This document shows, one piece after another, positions 1-7,591 of a stretch of 32,000 bases of DNA. The DNA is taken from contig NC_017080.1 of assembly GCF_000284115.1 (NCBI RefSeq), forward strand, positions 1,200,001 to 1,232,000, written 5' to 3'. The position numbers and the translations under genes are program-made. The notes under the pieces were generated by a model. It searched no databases. It saw only the letters and a program-made list of their open reading frames with translations, and was not told the origin of the DNA. Within the stretch, counting starts at the first letter, position 1, and each line of letters begins with the position of its first letter. The stretch is from Phycisphaera mikurensis NBRC 102666. GTDB lineage: Bacteria > Planctomycetota > Phycisphaerae > Phycisphaerales > Phycisphaeraceae.

Positions 1-870
<870 letters not shown>

Positions 871-892
871 GGGGGGCTTCGACAGGCAGGCG

Positions 893-948
893 AAGAAGCG
901 GGGAAGCGGGGAAGCGAAGAAGCGGGGAAGCGAAGAAGCGAAGAAGCG
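893..948. repeat. Tandem 8-bp-period repeat, seven units RRGAAGCG (aagaagcg / gggaagcg)
   Basis: Read directly: 893 aagaagcg gggaagcg gggaagcg aagaagcg gggaagcg aagaagcg aagaagcg 948, just after the glmS stop. It is preceded by a small hairpin, cttcg-acaggcagg-cgaag (877-895). The same GAAGNGNN periodicity recurs at 12201-12490 and 16476-16674. Confidence 0.85.
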
Positions 949-1515
949 GCCTGTGCCGGGGCCTGGACACCGGCCTGTGCCGGGGCCTGGACACCGCGTA
1001 CCCGCGTACCCGCGTACTGGGGCCTGGACACCGCGTACCGGGGCCTGGACACCGCGTACCGGGCCTCGAGAACATGGCCTGCGGGGTGCCGGGGGTGCCG
1101 GGGCCTGGACACCGCGGCCTGTGCCGGGGCCTGGACACCGCGTATCCGGAGATGAAGCACGGCCCGATCGCGCTGATCGACGAGGGCATGCCGGTGGTGT
1201 TCGTCGCGACCGGCGGCAGCCAGTACAGCAAGGTGATCTCCAACATCGGCCTGTGCCGGGGCCTGGCCTGTGCCGAGGCCTGGACACCGCGTACCCGCGT
1301 ACCGGCGTACCGGGGCCTGCGGCGTACCGGGGCCTGGACACCGCGTACCGGGCCTCGAGAACGTGGCCTGTGCCGGGGCCTGGACACCGCGTACCCGCGT
1401 ACCCGCGTACCGTACCGGGGCCTGGACACCGCGTACCGGGCCTCGAGAACGTGGCCTGTGCCGGGCCTGTGCCGGGGCCTGGACACCGCGTGGTGGACAC
1501 CGCGTGGGGACACTG
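949..1515. repeat. Mosaic GC-rich tandem repeat array (REP-like modules), interrupted by a glmS fragment
   Basis: Built from a few modules: GGCCTGTGCCGG, GGCCTGGACACCGCGTACC, CGCGTACC and GGGCCTCGAGAAC(A/G)TGGCCTG. A higher-order unit of roughly 90 bp recurs (about 968-1080 and 1365-1458). ORFs crossing it on both strands (953.., 1074.., 1270.. +; 767.., 795.. -) translate to repetitive PGPGHRV / RGLDTAY strings and are not credible proteins here. Confidence 0.85.
1147..1248 (+). other. Duplicated internal fragment of glmS (copy of nt 542-643) embedded in the repeat array
   Basis: The 102-nt stretch cggagatgaagcacggcccgatcgcgct[g]atcgacgagggcatgccggtggtgttcgtcgcgaccggcggcagccagtacagcaaggtgatctccaacatcg matches glmS 542-643. 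There is one difference (c at 570 vs g at 1175, synonymous Leu). It is flanked on both sides by GGCCTGTGCCGGGGCCTGGACACCGCGTA repeat units. Confidence 0.9.
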
Positions 1516-1621
1516 CATCAGGCCGCAACACCGCAGGGGGCGTTGCTTCTTCGAGACGGTTTCTGTACGGTCCTCCTGCCGGGTCGCCCGACCCGCTTCT
1601 CGCTCCTTCCGGAGGCTCCCT

Positions 1622-2626
1622 GTGGCACGCCGCAACCGCTGCCTGATCGTCGACCCCGACCTCCCGCAGGCGTGGCACGTCAGCAACCGCTGTGCGAGGT
1701 CTCTGTTCCTGCTGGAGCCCGAGGCACAAGACCGCGGGGATCGCGAGCCGGAGGACCACCGCAAGGAGCTGCTGCTGGCGAGGCTGGAGAAGCTGGTGGC
1801 GGTCAGCTCCATCGAGGTGCTGGCCTTCAGCGTCATGGGCAACCACCTGCACCTGGTCCTGCGCAACGTGCCCGAGGTCGGCCACGCCTGGTCGCCGCGG
1901 GAGGTGCTGGACCGCTGGCTCGCCCTGCACCCGCTGCGGAACCGCCAGGGCCCGCGGGAGCCCGAGGCCGGCGAGCTGGAGGCGCTGGTGGCCGACGAAG
2001 CGTGGGTCGCCGCCACGAGGCGGAAGCTGATGGACCTCTCGCAGTTCATGAAAGAGCTCAAGCAGCACGTGGCCGTGGCCGTCAACAAGCTCGAGAGCGG
2101 CAGCGGCGCCTTCTGGAGCGGTCGGTACAAGAGCAAGCCGATCGACGATCCCGAGGGTCACCAGCTGGTGCGTTCGATGGTGTACGTGGACCTGAACCCC
2201 CTGGCGGCGGGGCTGTGCGATCGACCCGAGGACGGCCGCCACACCTCGCTGGAGGGGCGGCTGGGGCGGGACCAGCCAGCAACCCCGCAGCAAGCCGAGC
2301 CCGCCGAGCGGGCACCCACCGCCGCCTTCCGCCGCTCCCGCAGCGCCTCGTGGCTGGTGCCGCTGGCGGGCGAGGATCCCAGGTCGCGGATGCACGAAGC
2401 CGCCCGTGCCGCATCGGCGGCCGTGCCCGCTGCAGGCCGCACCGTCCTGGCCGGTCTGACCCTGCGTCGGTACCTGCGTTTGGTGGACGCCGTTTCGCGT
2501 CTCTTGCGTGCAGGCAAGGCCTCGCTGGACCGCCGGCTCGCGCCGATTCTCGAGCGTGTGGGCCTGGGCCCGGAGGACCTCCGCGTCGGCTTCGCGCGGA
2601 TGGCCACCGGCTCGCCGCACTTCTGA
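1622..2626 (+). CDS. HUH/Y1 single-strand DNA transposase-like protein (IS200/IS605 TnpA / REP-associated RayT-like), paralog 1
   Basis: HUH motif in FSVMGNHLHLVL; FWSGRYKSKPI; putative catalytic-Tyr region MVYVDLNPLAAGL. The GTG start at 1622 was chosen by aligning VARRNRCLIVDPDLPQAWHVSNRCARSLFLL with MARSLRHQILPDATCVVHVVSKISRSLHLL of the paralog at 5537. The upstream part of ORF 953..2626 is repeat array. TGA at 2624-2626. Confidence 0.75.
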   Translation: MARRNRCLIVDPDLPQAWHVSNRCARSLFLLEPEAQDRGDREPEDHRKELLLARLEKLVAVSSIEVLAFSVMGNHLHLVLRNVPEVGHAWSPREVLDRWLALHPLRNRQGPREPEAGELEALVADEAWVAATRRKLMDLSQFMKELKQHVAVAVNKLESGSGAFWSGRYKSKPIDDPEGHQLVRSMVYVDLNPLAAGLCDRPEDGRHTSLEGRLGRDQPATPQQAEPAERAPTAAFRRSRSASWLVPLAGEDPRSRMHEAARAASAAVPAAGRTVLAGLTLRRYLRLVDAVSRLLRAGKASLDRRLAPILERVGLGPEDLRVGFARMATGSPHF

Positions 2627-2820
2627 CGCCAGCGGATCCAGGCTCCAGCGTCCCCGGCCGGTAGGCTGGCGGGTGTGTCATGCGCCACGCCAGCGGCATC
2701 ACCCAAACGCGAGAGCCGCGCGGGCTCGCGAACGGCTGGCGCTTGCCCGCGAGGACGCGGGAGGCCGCGCAGGATGCTCCGAGCGGTCCGATCCGCGTCG
2801 GATGTGGAGGGGGCACCCGG

Positions 2821-2840
2821 ACGGTGTCCAGGCCCCGGCA
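2821..2840 (-). repeat. Inverted copy of the array module TGCCGGGGCCTGGACACCG
   Basis: acggtgtccaggccccggca is the reverse complement of tgccggggcctggacaccgt, the dominant module of the 949-1515 array. Paralog 1 is therefore flanked by oppositely oriented copies. Confidence 0.7.
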
Positions 2841-2855
2841 GATCGCCTTCCAGGA

Positions 2856-4595
2856 ATGCACGACGGATACGACTTCGAGGCGAGCGGCAACTTGCGGCTC
2901 TGGAAGGCGGAGGGTGACTCCGCGGGTCGCTCGTTGGAGCACTACATCCAACCCGCTGAGGAGTACTCCCTTCAAGACCTTGGACTTGAAGAGGCCGGTT
3001 CCACGGTGAAGTTGTACTTGGAGGCGCTCGGGAACACCTCGTCTTGGTGGTTCGGTCCCAACAACGACAGCACGTGGCAGTGGAACAACCCGACCTCGCC
3101 GCAGGCGATCAGCGTCCATGCCGAGCATGAGGATCTTCGGACTCAGATCGGTGACAGCGTCCTGGTGAAACCCATGCTGGTGGATCTGCGGATCGACAGC
3201 GACAACGACGGGACGCTGTCTCTGCGGGATGAAGCACTCGAACAAGCAGAGCCGGGCATCGCGCCCGGTGCATGGTGGGTCATCAACAACGACGACTCAG
3301 ATTCCGACCTCTGGGTCCCGGACTACGCCGACGGTTACGGACTCGCCGCCGCGAAGGGCACCGCCGTCAACGCCGAGGCCGACCAAGTTTCCAACGAGGA
3401 CGAGTTTTACAAGATCAGCACCGACTTCACGAGATACGCGGGCAACGATGCAGAGCGCCTGAAGGTCCGCTTTAACTACGATGCAAACGATCCGATCGCT
3501 GGTGTGCAATTCGATGGCACGCAAGGCTACCGGATCGTTGACGGCGGGCTAATCCGCATCTGGACCACGGACGCTGCGGATCCAGGCCGCGACGGACGGA
3601 AGCTTCAGGACGGCGGAAGTGTCATCGAGAGCGGGTACGCGTACAGCGTCAGCGACCTCCCGGCCGCGGGCCTTTATCTCGAGAGTGTCGCCAGTTCCGG
3701 CTCCCTCGCGGACCTCGACGTGCTGGTGGAGTACCTGCTGGACGGCGTCGTCTTTGCGTCGGACCGCGTCGCAGGCACGAGCGTGGCTTCCAAAGCAGGA
3801 TTCACCACCCAGGCGTTGCAGCGGGCACGCATCAACCCCGACACCTGGGCGCCGCTGGCAGGCTTCCCGTTCAACCAAAACACGGTGCAAGCGGTCTACG
3901 ACTACTACCGCGACACCTACCTTGCCAACCAAGACGACTTCGTCTGGCTGGGCATGGCTCGGATGGCGGGAGGTGCGGTGTGGGACGGGCTCATTACAGG
4001 CGAGCAGGCAATCACCCTCCTTCGTGCGGCGCTTGCCAACCCGCTACAGACTTGGCAGGATCGGCTCGGAAACCTCTATGCACTAGAGATAGCAGAACGG
4101 CAGCAAGTCATGTTCGTCGAGATGCAGAAGGCGATCTTCGAAGATCTCGCATGGCAGCATGAACTTTACGCTGATGCTGGATACGCTGCGTTCGAGATCT
4201 TGAGGACTCATACGCCGAAGGATGTACCTTCCGACGTAGATACCGTATGGAAGCAGATCGATGCGGGTGATGTAGTCAGGGGTAATTTCGCACTGGTCCC
4301 TCGCGAGCAGAACTACATCCTGCAACCTTACTGGGATCAGTTCACGGCCGCCTTTGGCATGCAAGGCGTCGTCATCGGGCAGGGAACAAGGTCTCCGCTG
4401 CCGAACGGGCTCCCATTTGCGTCAACACCGGGGCTCGGCCTCTTCCCGAATGTCGCGTGGTGGCCAGACCGTGAACGGTGGATCGAGCTCGACATGTGGC
4501 CGAAATGGTTGGACTACATCAAACGGGAGCGGGCTGATCTCGTCAAAGCTGGCCTCGGAACGCAGTTAGGGCCGGCGTTCGTCAGCCCAATCTGA
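2856..4595 (+). CDS. Hypothetical large cargo protein (579 aa), Asp-rich DxDxDG-type motif, no signal peptide; function unknown
   Basis: Long ORF with protein-like composition and lower GC than the flanks (line 4081-4140 is 31/60 G+C). ATG at 2856 coincides with the onset of the GC drop. Contains LRIDSDNDGTLSL (DxDxDG-like Ca-binding loop) and VINNDDSDSDLWVPDYADGYG. The C-terminal region FVWLGMARMAGGAVWDGL...IFEDLAWQHELY is not recognised by me. The start (2802 or 2856) is uncertain. Confidence 0.7.
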   Translation: MHDGYDFEASGNLRLWKAEGDSAGRSLEHYIQPAEEYSLQDLGLEEAGSTVKLYLEALGNTSSWWFGPNNDSTWQWNNPTSPQAISVHAEHEDLRTQIGDSVLVKPMLVDLRIDSDNDGTLSLRDEALEQAEPGIAPGAWWVINNDDSDSDLWVPDYADGYGLAAAKGTAVNAEADQVSNEDEFYKISTDFTRYAGNDAERLKVRFNYDANDPIAGVQFDGTQGYRIVDGGLIRIWTTDAADPGRDGRKLQDGGSVIESGYAYSVSDLPAAGLYLESVASSGSLADLDVLVEYLLDGVVFASDRVAGTSVASKAGFTTQALQRARINPDTWAPLAGFPFNQNTVQAVYDYYRDTYLANQDDFVWLGMARMAGGAVWDGLITGEQAITLLRAALANPLQTWQDRLGNLYALEIAERQQVMFVEMQKAIFEDLAWQHELYADAGYAAFEILRTHTPKDVPSDVDTVWKQIDAGDVVRGNFALVPREQNYILQPYWDQFTAAFGMQGVVIGQGTRSPLPNGLPFASTPGLGLFPNVAWWPDRERWIELDMWPKWLDYIKRERADLVKAGLGTQLGPAFVSPI

Positions 4596-4635
4596 GCCTA
4601 GAGACTAAGCGATCCTCGATGAGGACAAAATTCCG

Positions 4636-5232
4636 ATGATCTGCGACTTGACCTCTTCGGTGTTCTCCCTCACGTTTGCCTTCGTCATCGCGACAGCAAC
4701 CGGCTGCGGGAAGATGGAGAAACCTCCCGTTGAGATTGTTGTTCGGACGCTGGAGGATCGGTGGCTGGATGCAAGCCCACCGTTCCGGACCCTTGAGTGG
4801 ACTGGGTTTACAGTCAATTCAAGCCACGAGGCGGGTATAGTAACGATTGGTCCTCCGGATATGACAGCACCCGTGGCCCGATATGCCTATCGAACAGTTT
4901 ACAAGAAGGAGCGATGGTCGCCCGAGAGCCTCGGCTACTACCTCTTCGCGGGTCGGGATGTCATGGAAGCACCGGAGGTCTCTGAACTCGCACTCAGCCT
5001 CATCCGAGCGACGGGCCGGACGGTCAGCGAGCGAGAGGCCACGGCATTAGAAGAACTCGTCACCGGGATCGCATACCGAGAGATCAGCGACGGCTCGGCG
5101 AGCCTCTCGATCTACAAAGACCTGGACACACCCAACGGGATCTCGCTCGACGTCTCCAGGCGCCCGCGGGGCAAGCCCGAGCTGACCCTCGATCTCTACC
5201 TGAGGATCTCGGACCCCGACCCGCTGTGGTGA
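4636..5232 (+). CDS. Hypothetical small exported (lipoprotein-like) cargo protein
   Basis: ATG at 4636 preceded by GAGGA (4620-4624). N-terminus MICDLTSSVFSLTFAFVIATATGCGK has a hydrophobic h-region ending in Cys (non-canonical lipobox ATGC). Low GC like the upstream gene (line 4621-4680 is 31/60 G+C). Confidence 0.7.
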   Translation: MICDLTSSVFSLTFAFVIATATGCGKMEKPPVEIVVRTLEDRWLDASPPFRTLEWTGFTVNSSHEAGIVTIGPPDMTAPVARYAYRTVYKKERWSPESLGYYLFAGRDVMEAPEVSELALSLIRATGRTVSEREATALEELVTGIAYREISDGSASLSIYKDLDTPNGISLDVSRRPRGKPELTLDLYLRISDPDPLW

Positions 5233-5288
5233 CCGCCTCCAGGAGCGGTTTCCCGTGACACTGGATATCGGTCGCTGATGGAGACGCC

Positions 5289-5450
5289 ATGCACTGTGTT
5301 CCTCTTCGTGTCGCCGTTGTCGTCCTGACGGGCGCTCTTGGGCTCCCCGTCGCCGCCGAGCGTGTGGCGGAAGCCGTTGACAGCGGAGCGTCCCCGGTCG
5401 AAGGAGCAGAGCAATCCACCGGAGGAGGCTTCGACTTTAGGAACATGTAG
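5289..5450 (+). CDS. Possible 53-aa secreted peptide (below the ORF-track length cutoff)
   Basis: Hand translation: MHCVPLRVAVVVLTGALGLPVAAERVAEAVDSGASPVEGAEQSTGGGFDFRNM, then TAG at 5448-5450. The N-terminus is signal-peptide-like and codon usage resembles the low-GC cargo. No homology recognised. Confidence 0.2.
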   Translation: MHCVPLRVAVVVLTGALGLPVAAERVAEAVDSGASPVEGAEQSTGGGFDFRNM

Positions 5451-5536
5451 GAACATGGGGTCAAGCCCCTTGCAGAGGTGCTATGGTGCCGTCGCCGAGT
5501 TGCCTCCCGCTCTCCCGCTCCTCCCACACCGCTCCC

Positions 5537-6622
5537 ATGGCCCGCTCTCTCCGCCACCAGATCCTGCCTGACGCCACCTGCGTCGTCCATGTTGTGTCGA
5601 AGATCTCGCGGTCGCTTCACTTGCTGGTGCCCGATGAGGATCGTGCCGGCGCCGGTGCCGTTGGCGACGCGGCCGAGCACCCCGACCTCCGCAAGGAGCT
5701 GCTGCTGCAGCGGCTGGAGACGCTGGCGGAGCAGACCTCGATCTCGGTATGCGGGTTCGCGGTGATGGACAACCACGTCCACCTGATCCTGCGGCGGGAC
5801 AAGGAGGAGGCCGCGGCGTGGTCAGCGGCGGAGGTGGTGGGGCGGTGGCTCGCGTTGCACCCCAAGCGGAATCGGGCGCGGCAGCCGGTGGAGACGCCGG
5901 AGGAGGACCTGGCGGCGATGGTGGCGGACGCGGGCCTGGTGGAGGCGCTGCGTGGAAAGCTGTCGAGCGTCTCGCAGTTCATGAAGGACCTCAAGCAGCG
6001 GACCGCGGAGGCGGTGAACAAGTTGGAAGGCCGCGGCGGGCGGCTCTGGGACGGGACGTTCAAGAGCAAGCTGATCGAGGACCAGGAGCAGCTGGTGGCG
6101 ACGATGGTGTACGTGGACTTGAACCCCTTCGCGGCGGGGGTGTGCGAGACGCCCGAAGAGGGCCGCCACACCTCGCTGGCGGGGCGGCTGGGGCGGGACG
6201 AGCCGGCGGGGGAGGTGAGCAAGCCCGCAGGATCCGCGGACCGCGACCGGGAGGAGGCCTCGGAGGCCGGCGGTCCGCGGGTTGGTCTGCGGTTGCCACG
6301 GCGGAGGTCCAGCGGGGCCTGGCTGCGGCCGCTGGACGAGTCGGCCCAGCGGGCGCGGAAGCGTGGGCAACGGCGGCACCCGCGAGGGCGGGCGGGGCTG
6401 AAAGCGGAGGCCGCGGGAACGGTGAGCCCGGGGCTGTCGCTGCAGATCTACCTGCGGATTCTCGACGCGGTCAGCCGCAAGCTGCGGGCGGGCAAGAAAC
6501 GCCTTGCGGCGGGCACGGCCAGCGTCTTCGAGCGGCTGAACCTGGACGCCGACGCGGTGGTCGGGCGGGTGCTGGCGATGGCGCAGCGGGACGGGCTGGC
6601 GGTGGCGGGCCGGGGCAGCTGA
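5537..6622 (+). CDS. HUH/Y1 single-strand DNA transposase-like protein (IS200/IS605 TnpA / RayT-like), paralog 2
   Basis: HUH motif in FAVMDNHVHLIL; LWDGTFKSKLI; MVYVDLNPFAAGV. Collinear with paralog 1 across the N-terminal ~220 aa, and C-terminal LQIYLRILDAVSRKLRAGK parallels LRRYLRLVDAVSRLLRAGK. ATG 5537 is preferred over ATG 5483 by paralog alignment. TGA at 6620-6622. Confidence 0.8.
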   Translation: MARSLRHQILPDATCVVHVVSKISRSLHLLVPDEDRAGAGAVGDAAEHPDLRKELLLQRLETLAEQTSISVCGFAVMDNHVHLILRRDKEEAAAWSAAEVVGRWLALHPKRNRARQPVETPEEDLAAMVADAGLVEALRGKLSSVSQFMKDLKQRTAEAVNKLEGRGGRLWDGTFKSKLIEDQEQLVATMVYVDLNPFAAGVCETPEEGRHTSLAGRLGRDEPAGEVSKPAGSADRDREEASEAGGPRVGLRLPRRRSSGAWLRPLDESAQRARKRGQRRHPRGRAGLKAEAAGTVSPGLSLQIYLRILDAVSRKLRAGKKRLAAGTASVFERLNLDADAVVGRVLAMAQRDGLAVAGRGS

Positions 6623-6627
6623 ACCGA

Positions 6628-6750
6628 GCTCGCCGGGGCCTGGCTACCTCGCAGGAGGCGTTGCTTCTTCCGAACGGATCCGCCGGGCTCGCCGGGGCCT
6701 GGACACTGTCCGGGTCGGGCCTGCCAGGGCCTGCCCGGGCCTGCCGGGCA
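6628..6750. repeat. Repeat cluster related to the 949-1515 array
   Basis: gctcgccggggcctgg occurs twice (6628-6643 and 6688-6703). gccggggcctggacac (6691-6706) matches the array module. It is followed by ggcctgccagggcctgcccgggcctgccggg reiterations (6718-6748). Confidence 0.7.
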
Positions 6751-7063
6751 TCGCCGGGCGAGGGCTGTTGCGGTGACTGCGCCAGCCGCTTTGCAACGCA
6801 AGGCGGGCTCTTGTCCGGATCAGCGTCGATCCCCGAGGCGGCGTCGCCGGGCTCCGGCCCGCTCAGCGTTGCGAAGCGGCTGACGCTGTCAGCCCCGCCG
6901 GGATCTCGGTGGGCCTGCCTGGGAAGCTGCTCGGATCGTGGGGTGGCACGCCGGAGATGCACGGCCTCGTGGTGATGGCGACGGATCGATCGGTGAACGC
7001 CGGGTTCTCGTTTCCGAGCCCGCGGCTCATCCGCTCGTCGGCCGGTTCCTTACCCTCTCCCGC

Positions 7064-7591
7064 ATGCCGTCCCGCCTTCCAGCAGCCCTGCTGCTCGTTC
7101 TCCCGCTGCTGCTCCCGGCCTGCGTTGCGCCCACGTACGTGAACATCCCCTCGGAGGGCGGCATCGCGGCGAGCGATCCGAACAGCTTCAACGTGCGGGA
7201 CGTGGTGGCGGACTCGATCGCGGCGGCGGTGGAGCGGGAGCCGCTGGAGGGCGTCTACGAGATCCTGCTGCCCGAGGGCACGACGCAGCAGACGTACCAG
7301 GCGGTGGTGCGGCAGATCGGCGGCGGGGCGATCGCGCCCGACACGCTCCGCGACCGGCCGGTGCCCTCGGTCCGCGTGGTCGCGGTGCGGATCCGGAACC
7401 AGGACGCGGAGGTGGACGTGGTCCGCCCCAGCCCCACCGGCCGCTCCGTCGTCCGGGTCTTTCTGAAGTGGTACTACGGCGGCGACTGGGCCGTGCAGCG
7501 GGTGAAGCCGCTGCGGATCCCCGCGGAGGAGCTTCTGCTGCGGACCGCGACGCCGCCGCCGCCGCCGGACGCCGAGGATTCCGGAGAATGA
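7064..7591 (+). CDS. Hypothetical exported protein (signal peptide ending LLLPAC, lipoprotein-like)
   Basis: Internal ATG at 7064 gives MPSRLPAALLLVLPLLLPACVAPTY. GC3-rich codons. The stop overlaps the next start (ATGA at 7588-7591). Confidence 0.65.
   Translation: MPSRLPAALLLVLPLLLPACVAPTYVNIPSEGGIAASDPNSFNVRDVVADSIAAAVEREPLEGVYEILLPEGTTQQTYQAVVRQIGGGAIAPDTLRDRPVPSVRVVAVRIRNQDAEVDVVRPSPTGRSVVRVFLKWYYGGDWAVQRVKPLRIPAEELLLRTATPPPPPDAEDSGE

Larger units (their letters stand above)
1532..6677 (+). mobile_element. Putative composite/accessory element: two direct HUH transposase-like genes bracketing low-GC cargo, bounded by a shared 28-nt box
   Basis: The box CGCAGG(G/A)GGCGTTGCTTCTTC... occurs at 1532-1559 (upstream of paralog 1) and at 6650-6677 (just after paralog 2). 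The interior 2856-5460 has markedly lower G+C. The element lies directly downstream of glmS. The boundaries are inferred, not demonstrated. Confidence 0.4.

Noticed and set aside
949-1515. Possible CRISPR array (short repeats with an apparently unique 102-bp insert)
   Set aside because: The repeat units are heterogeneous in length and order and are directly concatenated without regular unique spacers. The only unique insert is a self-derived glmS fragment much longer than typical spacers. No cas genes or leader-like sequence are present.
1623-1692. Sigma-54 promoter-like TGGCAC elements (1623-1628, 1673-1678; also 25843-25848)
   Set aside because: None is followed by TTGC at the required N5 spacing (they read TGGCACgccgcAACC, TGGCACgtcagCAAC, TGGCACaagatGCTC). 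The two at 1623 and 1673 are instead a short direct repeat, GTGGCACG..CAACCGCTG, inside the 5' end of the HUH gene.
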